A program made the translations under genes and the position numbers. From NCBI GenBank assembly GCA_964016885.1, contig OZ024741.1, positions 279,248,001 to 279,312,000 of the forward strand: 64,000 bases of DNA, given 5' to 3'. This document shows, in pieces, positions 55,626 through 64,000 of this stretch. The stretch comes from Eledone cirrhosa. Its lineage: Eukaryota. Under the pieces are notes generated by a model, which had not been told where the DNA came from, made no database searches, and was given only the letters and a program-made list of their open reading frames with translations. How positions within the stretch are numbered: position 1 is the first letter of the stretch; each line of letters starts with the position of its first letter.

Positions 55626-56039
55626 AATAATAAATGAATAATTTTCGGTTACATTTTCGATTGACAACATCAAGATTTCGTTGAAATATGAAATAATATG
55701 CCTGGAATTTCTCCGAATGTTATTTTCTTTTTATGTTTTAAACGAAATATTGTTTTAAATGGTGTTGTTGTATTTTTAAATCAAATAACATATTTTCCAT
55801 AATGATCTGAAATATGTTGGTTTCAATCTTTAAATATTATTATGAATAATATGTTTAGAAGTATATCTTTGACACAATCAAGATAGTGAATACTGTTTAT
55901 TTTCTTTACGGCTTTCATGTTTGTAAGGTTGTGAGTTTTATATGAAGCGAAACCTCAATGTGATGGTTTTCATGTTTGGGTTATTTTCTGGTCACTGTGC
56001 TCAATTCTCAGGGTGGGGGGAAAGAAACTCTCTATTGAA

Positions 56040-56920
56040 AATTATTTAGAACTTTTGACCTACTGCGACCACTTGGGACAACATCAATAACCTCATATTC
56101 ATGCAAGATGGGTCCCCTCCTCATTTTGCACATACTGTCCGTGAGTGGCTTGATGTCCAATTTCCAGGACGATGGCTGGGTTGTCGATGGCTAAATGGCC
56201 AGCAAGAAACTCTGACTCAATTGTAGAAATGCATTCGTTATATACTGACCAACATTCTGCCTGAATTCCTGATAAAGTCAGTCAAGGATATAGCCAGATG
56301 ATTACAAATCCTGGTGGACACCACTGGTGCCTATGTAGAATTTTAACACTTCTACAATTATACTGTTCAAAATGAAACATGTTTTATGAAAATCAACCAA
56401 TAATTCATAAAGTTATTAACAATTTTATATAAGAAGTTTCCTTCCACTTACCCTGTATATCACGTTCTAGCGACTCAGCCAATTCGTCACCACCATTTGT
56501 ATTATATAAACAATATTAATCGACATAACTTTATAAAACATGTTGTAAACCAATAACGTGAGTGACTTGATGTCTAATTTCCAGGACCTTGTCTGGATCA
56601 TCGAAGTCCACTTAAATGGTCAGCAAGAAGCTCTGACTTAACGTCTTAATGCGACTTTTTTACTATGGGGGTTGGTAAAAAAACCAAAAGCTCTGATTCA
56701 ATTGGAGGAACGGAGTCATCATTTACTGACAACATACTGCCTGAATTCTTGATGAAGTCAGTTGATTACAAATACTCGTGGACAATGCTGGTGCCTATGT
56801 AGAATGTTAACACTCTACTTCTACCATTATACTGTTCAAAATAAAGCGTTTTTTTTTATGAAAATCGACCAATGATTAATAAAGTAATTAACAATTTTAA
56901 ATAGGGAGTTTCTTTCCGCG
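56040..56920 (+). pseudogene. two tandem Tc1/mariner transposase C-terminal remnants
   Basis: LIFMQDGSPPHFAHTVREWLDVQFPGRWLG..WPARNSD; TIR-like CACTTACCCTG|TA near 56454; partial second copy at 56556-56920. Confidence 0.75.
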
Positions 56921-57376
56921 ACTTTCTCCTCATACACACACAAGTTTTTGTTAGATTGTGTGTATCTAACTTCTCTCCCTCTGCCTTAACGTTGTCATTC
57001 CATATCTTTCTCTCCAACCTTGACTATCCACCATCTTTTTTAACGGCATTCCAGCCGTGCCTGGGTAGCCTCTTCAAAACGGCACTCCAGCAATCTAGCT
57101 TCTTTCCTGATGATGCAGCACTCAAGAAGAAGAAGAGATAGATATATTTCTTTATTAGCCACAAGGGCGCACAAGAAAAGGGGACAATACAAAGACATGC
57201 CGGGGATTCTACATACAGTCGTGTAAAAAATATAAAAACAATTACAACAATCGAAATCCCCAATAGGAGCGAGGCGCCACAAATGGGTTGTTTAATACTC
57301 CGTCGATAGAATAACCTTCAACTCCAGGAGCGTGTTGTGCAAGTGATCCTTTCTTCCTTTTGCTCCCTTCTTCAAC

Positions 57377-60300
57377 CTACAGGCTTATAAACAGAGAAGG
57401 CCCAATCACTCGGGCCATTTTCGCTTCATTCACCCACCTTTCAGTAAATTTACTGGGGTGCAGTGCCTCTCTCTCCACCCTGATTCTCCTTCTAAAGTGA
57501 TACTTAAAGAAGGGAATCAATTGTTGTCCGGAGAGAAAGGCATCTGTCCTCAGTCCTCTCAACCTCGTCCACCATATAACCTCTTTTACCATAGCCACCG
57601 TACAGAGGAAAACCGCCTCTCTTTCGTTTTTGAAAGAGGCTGGCGGTTTGATCCTTACTTTGGACTCGGCAGTCAACTGGATTTGTCCCATACGCGACAG
57701 CAGTTGTTCTGCATAGTTCCACAAGTCGATTACGCCCGGGCAGTGTACAATTGCGTGCAGGACTGTTTCAATGTCCTGCGCGCATCTTGGACACGTCCTC
57801 TTAGAAGGATCCCTGCCGGGGCGTCCGTGTCTGTAGATCTTGTCACGAACCGGTAGAGCTCCTCGGTAGCACTGCCAGGCCAGGGACGTCTGGAAGTTGT
57901 CCATAGGTCCCGGGCGGAAAGTCCTGCCAAACAGACTGGTGAGCTCAGCGTCTCTCCGAGCATGTTGTCGCCCTTGTAACGTACAATCCCTCTATAGAAT
58001 GTCGAAGTGGAGTCTCCACTGATTGCTGCGCCCGCTTGCCAGAGGACTGTGAGCGCCTGAGCGCATTCAATGTGCCAGGCACCCATCTTCTTCGGTCTTC
58101 GCTTCACCCAGGACTGCAGCTCCGTCAGCGAGACGAGCTGTGGGAAAGCCTGTCTCACAAACGGTGCCCACACCGGTTGGGGGTCGGTGAGGAATACCTG
58201 GAGATGCCGCAGCCTCAACGCATGCTTGCGCATCATCAGCCACGGCATTCCCAGCCCTCCGTTGGAAGGGTGCTGACAGCAGACGGATCTCCTCACCAGC
58301 GGAGCCTGCTTCTTCCACAGAAACTGGAAGAGCATGCGTTTCATCTTGGCGAGGAGTTCACGGGTACAAGGCACGACAGTCAAGCGGTAGTAGATGACGG
58401 ACGCTATGAAAGTGTTCGCCACCTCCGCTCGACCTTTCAAGGACAGTTTGCACTCTGCCCACTTCTGACCTCGTTCCAATTTTTCTCCACCTGGAGGTCT
58501 GGACCGAACCAGACCCCGAGCAATTTCACCGGTCCGTCCGTCCAGCGTCCAACGACGCTGTCGGACGTCATCGGTTTGCCTCTCCACGTACCGAGTTGCA
58601 AACCGACAGACTTGTCCGGGTTTAGTTTTGCTCCCGTCAGCGTTTCGTATTCTTTCAGTAAGTTGCCGATCACCCCGATTTCCGAAGTGCTCGACACCAT
58701 TACCATCACGTCGTCGGCATAAGCCGACGCCGCTTTGCCCAGTCCCGGTTCTGGAGGGATGCCCTGCAACAGCTCCAATTTCCGCAGTATAGTCAATACA
58801 TACAGAATGGAGGAGAGAGGGCACCCCTGTCGAATGGAACGCGTGATTGCGAACGGCTCCGATAGGTAGCCGTTCACCTTGACCCTCGAGCAGATGCTGG
58901 TGTGCATCGCCTCGATCCAGCCTCTGAACATGAGACCGAAACCGGCCGCCTTGAGAACCGCTTCCAAGTATCGATGGTCGACCCTATCGAATGCCTTAGA
59001 CTGATCCAAATTGATCAGAGCCCCATCGAAGCCAGGTTTACTACCCACCCTCTCTATGATGTATCGCATTAGGTGGAGGTTGTCGTGTATGGACCTGGTC
59101 GGGATTGCACACATTTGCGCTTTCCCTACCAGGTTCTCGACGACAAGCGCCAACCTCGTCGCTAGCACCTTGGCCAAAATCTTTAACTCTGTGTTGAGCA
59201 GAGTTATGGGCCTGAAGTTGTTAATTTCGTCCCCCTTGTTCTCGTCTTTCCTGATCAGCGTTACTACGCTCTTGCCTGCAGAACAGGGAATTCTCCCGTT
59301 CTGCTGCCAATTGCAGTAGACGGCTTCGAGGACGCCAGAGAACAAGTCCGGCATGCCTATGTAAAACTCGTAGGGTAGACCATCTAGACCGGGTGACTTG
59401 CGATTCCCGCAGCGGCCCAGAGCGTCCCGTATCTCAGTGCCCGTGATCGGTCTTTCGTAGAACTCGGCGTCCGTGTTCAAGAGACGCGGCAGGCCGTCGA
59501 GGTATGAACTAAAGTCCATTGCCCCGTTCGGCTCACCGTCGTTCTGCTCAAACAGTCGCGAAAAGTGCTGCTGAAAGGCCGCGCACATTTGCTTGGGGTC
59601 AAGTAGCACCGAATCGTGGACTTTTTGCCTCCGCCACTCGAGCCCAGATGACAGCTTTCGCTCCTTCGTTTCCTAGAGCACGTGTTTTGCTTCTAACCAC
59701 GCAGCCTTCGTGTTTCGCATCGAAGAACTGGTCCAGTGCCGTTCTCGACGCTAATACTTTCTATTTTGTTTTTCTCTAAGGCTAACTCACTGCTATACCC
59801 TATCGATTCTATTCTAATTTCTTTCTTGAGAGAGTACCACCATCTATTGTTGACGATGGCTCCCGTTAACTGTTGCTTGACTAGTCTACTTATCCGTTCG
59901 CTGTAAGCTTTACGGCAACGACACGTTCAGCTTCCTGTATCCGGGTCCCTGTCTATGTATTCTATCACGGTTGACTAAGCAGACGACTAATTTGTGATCT
60001 GAATAGGCAACCATGTGCATTCGTGAACATCTCCTTGTCCCTTTCTCTAATGAAGAACCTATCTAAATACGATCTAGATGTCCCGCTGCGGTTTGCCCAC
60101 GTCCACTGTGGTGCAATCGGGAAATCCAGTCGATACCTATCGGCCAGTTGGAATTGGCCGATTAAAGTTTTGAGGCGGTTGCACCCCGCTCTAATGGGAC
60201 ATGCTCCCACATAGTCCCATCGTGCATCTAGGATACCATTCCAGTCCCCCACTAAAAGTAAGGAGCGAGACGTTCCCAGAAAAGACTCTAGACGCTTAAA

Positions 60301-60672
60301 GAAATCTGGCCGTGATTGCGATTGCCCGGTTGGAGCATAAGCGGCCACCAGTCTGAAGGCTCCACCTCCAATACTATTCACGTCTAGGACTACCAGTCTA
60401 CCCTCCAGGTCCAAGTGTACTTGCTGTACTTCGACGTCCGGGTTCTTCCGAAACATGACAGCCACTCCACCCCCACCTCCTGGCTGACAGAGAGATGCGT
60501 AGATCTCAAAGTCGTCGAAGATGGGGGCTAGTTGCTGCCTATTGTGGATCCTGGACTCGGTGATGGCTATCACATCCATACCGTGTGACCTAATGTCGTT
60601 TAAAAGTTGGCCCTGTTTCCAGGGCATCCCTAGACCACGCACATTCACGCTTCCAACTCGTAAACTAGCCAT
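57377..60672 (-). pseudogene. Tx1 ORF2 (APE endonuclease, RT, C-terminal zinc-binding domain) broken by frameshifts
   Basis: 59965-60672 SVNVRGL/GDWN/SYLDRF; 58437-59609 KSPGLDGLP, FRPITLLN, LDQSKAFDRV, RQGCPLS, YADD; 57377-57904 CPRC..ETVLHAIVHC. Confidence 0.93.
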
Positions 60673-60689
60673 GTTGGTGAAGAAGAGTT

Positions 60690-62454
60690 GGAGAAAAAGG
60701 ACGAAAGGTGCACTTACCTTTCGTTTCTTGTAAGTTTAAGTTGTGGAGACGATTCTGCCTTGACGAAAGTTTTGCCCTCCGTCTCCACCTTGGGGTTTTG
60801 GGTGATGACCTCCATCAAATTCTTGTTGTTTGTGTTGATGTATGCGTATTGTTGTTTGTGTTTTTGTTGTGTTGTTTTAGTTTGTTGTTCGTCCGGGAGT
60901 TTTCTTTTTATGATGGATGCTTGTGTTTGGGGTGGTGTTGGTGTTGGTTTTGCTGATAGGGGGATGTTTGACTGTGGTGTTGTTTGTGTTGTTGTTTGTG
61001 TCTGTGGTTGTGTGTTGGTGTTGGTGATTGGAGTTTTGGGGGTTTTGTGGTGTCTCTTTTTTTGTTTTTTAGATTTCCGCGGCTCTCTCTCTTCTTCACT
61101 TAAAGAAGGAGAAGCAGCTTCATCCGTCGATGAATAATCATCGTCAAGTGTGTGGGGTAAGGGTATGTTGTGTGGTAGTGGTGTTTCGGTGTGTGTGTTT
61201 GTGGTAGTGTTTGATGGAGTGGGATGGAGTGGGGCTGTGTTCTTCAGAGGTGTTGTCTCTGTTTTTTGTTGTTGTTGGTTGAGTGTCTGTTTGTTTTGGT
61301 GTGGTTGCTCGTTTTGTCTGTCGTTGTACGTGTGGTGGTGGTGGTTGTTTTGGTGTTGGTGTTGGTAATAGTGTTTTTTTAATGATGTTGTTGTTGTGTG
61401 TTTGTGGACAAGAGGCTTTTAGGTATGCTGTGCTACCACAGCGAAAGCAATGAAATGTTCGTCCTTCTACCGAAATGTTTATTATGTTGTTATCATCGAT
61501 GACGACTCTATCGGGTATTTTGGAGATTCTCTCCGGTTTCATTTGCAACAGAATCTCCAAATCAGTACTCGCCCACCTTTGTCGAATAGATTTTCGTATC
61601 GAAAGAATCATATCAGTTTCTGGCTCTACGAAGCCAGCCAAGATCCACCAGATGTTAATGTTTGGGGGTATATTTTTATTTTTATTGTTTGTCCTTTTCC
61701 CCATGTATGTAAGGAAAAGGGTGTATGCTTTTGACCCCATTGGTGTCACAGAATGTTTTGGGGCGAGTGCCTCGCTTTTAAACAGTACAGAAACACTTCC
61801 GTACTGTTTTCCTCGCTGGAGAAAATCGATATTTGCTAGAATTTCCTTGAAAGTAGCTTCTATATCTGCTTGGCTAACAAATGTCGGCTTTCTTGTGGAA
61901 TTTGACACTGTCCTAAAGGTGACTGATCTGCGAATTGTGTCTTCCTTTATTTCAAGGAGTGAGTTAATTCTAAACCCACCTTTTTCTTCGAAAGTTACAA
62001 ATTTTCTCCCTTGCTGGAGCATATCTCTTGCATTGGAGATATCAAGATTTATAAAATCTTGTTTTTTGTTCACTGTTTCAGCGAAAGACATTTTCTTTTT
62101 TTTGTGTGGTGTTGCTGTTGTTGTTGTTTTTATCGTTGTTAGCCTCGGTGGTGGAAATCTCAGTTCCTTGACGAGGTGAAACATTATGTGTAGATGTATC
62201 TGTGGAGTTGTTGGTGTCTTTTTCATGTGTATGTATGTTAATAGGTTTAATTCCTGTGTTTTCCTGATATTGTTATTTTTCTCCGCTTCGACGGTAGAAA
62301 TTTTAAAATCTTCAAGTGGTAACATTTTTTCCTCTTTGTTGACAGTCGTATCTATGACGACGTCCATAGTAGCAGAAGCAGAGATAACGTTAATATCTGC
62401 TTCTTTCTCTCTCTTTCCTCTATTGACGTTCTCCAACGTTCTTGTGTTGTTCAA
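60690..62454 (-). pseudogene. Tx1 ORF1 (gag-like, degenerate zinc knuckle, low-complexity T/Q/P/H C-terminus)
   Basis: ORF 61144-62454 contains CFRCGSTAYLKASC and lies directly upstream of ORF2; it probably continues through a frameshift. Start uncertain. Confidence 0.75.
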
Positions 62455-62730
62455 GTTATTTAGTTTGTAAAATTTGATATTTTAAAACAATTTTTAAAAT
62501 AAAATGTTCGCCCCTACAGGGGCGAAAAATGGGATTACCACCCAGCTGACAATTTAGCTTGGGGGTTAATCTACAAAATAATATGTTTTTTCAAACAATT
62601 TGTTCTGTTTTTCGTATATAAATTTAGAAAAAATCTTACCGGCGATGTTTCACGCGTCAGTCAGAAAGAGAGATAGATAGATAGTTATATAGGTAGATAT
62701 ATTCTCATTTGCAATTATATTTATATATAC

Positions 62731-62788
<58 letters not shown>

Positions 62789-63734
62789 CGCTCTCTAGAC
62801 CAAGGGAAGTAGCTGGAGTTACTTCCCGTTGAAATTCCAGAACCTTCTTTCTAACTTCCGTCCAGAGCTCAAAGCTATCTCTCTCTTCTTCACCTCTTGG
62901 CCGCCTGACTTAAGGCCAGGCATGGTTACGCCAAAGGTATACTCTCTTTCTGGCGGTTTTCTTCTCAAGCTTAACAAGCATGTTAACTTTTCTCTAACCA
63001 CCTATCATGGATCTGGACTATACCTAATTATGTACGAGAATATTTGTTTACAACAATTATAACATGGAACTACAATAAAAATGAAACTTATATTTGATAC
63101 TCGTTCCGAGAGACTGCTTACGTTTTATCATTACCTTTGTAATGGGAATTAACTCTCATTCGACATGGTGTTATGTAAAATATCTTATCCTTTTCTTTAT
63201 AAAATTTAGTAGTCAGATTCCGGTGACATTTACTCGAGTAAATAACCCTAAAATGGTGACCCTGACGGAGTGAAACACCAACTACTAAATATATATAATA
63301 TAATATATATATATAGGATAACAAGGTATCGTTTAAGGTAATCCAGCTAGGGATTGTGAGTACTCTGTGTTGGGGATAGTTTTAACGTAAGGCGTTGTTT
63401 GACTCAACAAGAAGTTTCCTTAGTTAGGTGGCGAGTTCAAGAGAATTCTCATGCAGGTGGTTCTTGGAGTAATAATAGTGAAACAATAAAGAATAATATG
63501 GATTGAATTCATACAGCCAAACGCTGTCAATGACAGCCTCATATACAGAAGAAGAAGAAGAAGAAGAAGAAGAAGAAGAAGAAGAAGAATGCAGGTATTT
63601 TTAATATTTATTTCATAGAAATAAATATAGATATTTATACAAAAAAATAGTTTTATTTTCATTTTTTTTTTTATTAAAACAACTTTAATAAACTTCCAAA
63701 ATCAGATAACAGTAAATAAATATTCAGGAAATAA

Positions 63735-63780
<46 letters not shown>

Positions 63781-64000
63781 CATCATCATCATCGTTTGAC
63801 GTCTATCTTCCACGTTAGCATGAGTTTAGACGGAAATTGTCCCACGTGAGGCAAGATTGGTTGTCTTGCTCGTATAGGACTGTTTGGCGGGTTTTCTACG
63901 GCTGGATGCCCTTCCTAACACCAACCACGTTTACAGTGTGGACTGGGAGGTTTTTATCGTGTTACCTACACGGCCACATTACAGCGTGGACTGTGTGTGT
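63781..64000 (-). mobile_element. 3' end of another copy of the RTE family at 45.5-49.2 kb (or a partner SINE), running off the window
   Basis: Reverse complement of 48915-49160 including the (GAT)n tail. Confidence 0.88.

Larger units (their letters stand above)
57145..62668 (-). mobile_element. near full-length Tx1/L1-clade LINE, frameshifted
   Basis: ORF1 and ORF2 in order, 3' end AATAAAGAAATA, candidate 11-bp TSD AGAGATAGATA at 57134-57144 and 62669-62679. Confidence 0.92.

Noticed and set aside
62790-63560. Short ORFs near the right end as exons or TE remnants
   Set aside because: No recognisable domain or splice-supported structure.

Overview
Gene-free, repeat-saturated eukaryotic DNA. 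The SINE families, LINE 3' ends and dense (TA)n/(CA)n/(CATA)n tracts suggest an octopus or other coleoid cephalopod; this is recognition from memory, not a search result. Bases 1-26.5 kb are one 27-bp satellite array with kilobase-scale higher-order duplications. The rest is nested transposons: an intact 1075-aa RTE-type LINE with a PHD finger inside its RT, a near full-length frameshifted Tx1/L1 LINE plus a truncated inverted copy, an R4/Dong-like RLE element in a (CATA)n field, tandem and fold-back non-autonomous Helitrons, Tc1/mariner and hAT-like MITEs, tRNA-SINEs, a CR1-like 3' fragment and a probable minimal hammerhead ribozyme. The most unusual locus is 39.76-42.74 kb: a U6 snRNA retrocopy split into two oppositely oriented halves abuts an RTE 3' fragment whose terminal stem-loop is amplified about 63-fold into a 41-bp minisatellite. 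Several retroelement families also appear tied to specific microsatellite motifs. No host protein-coding gene is supported; most ORF-track entries are repeat artefacts.
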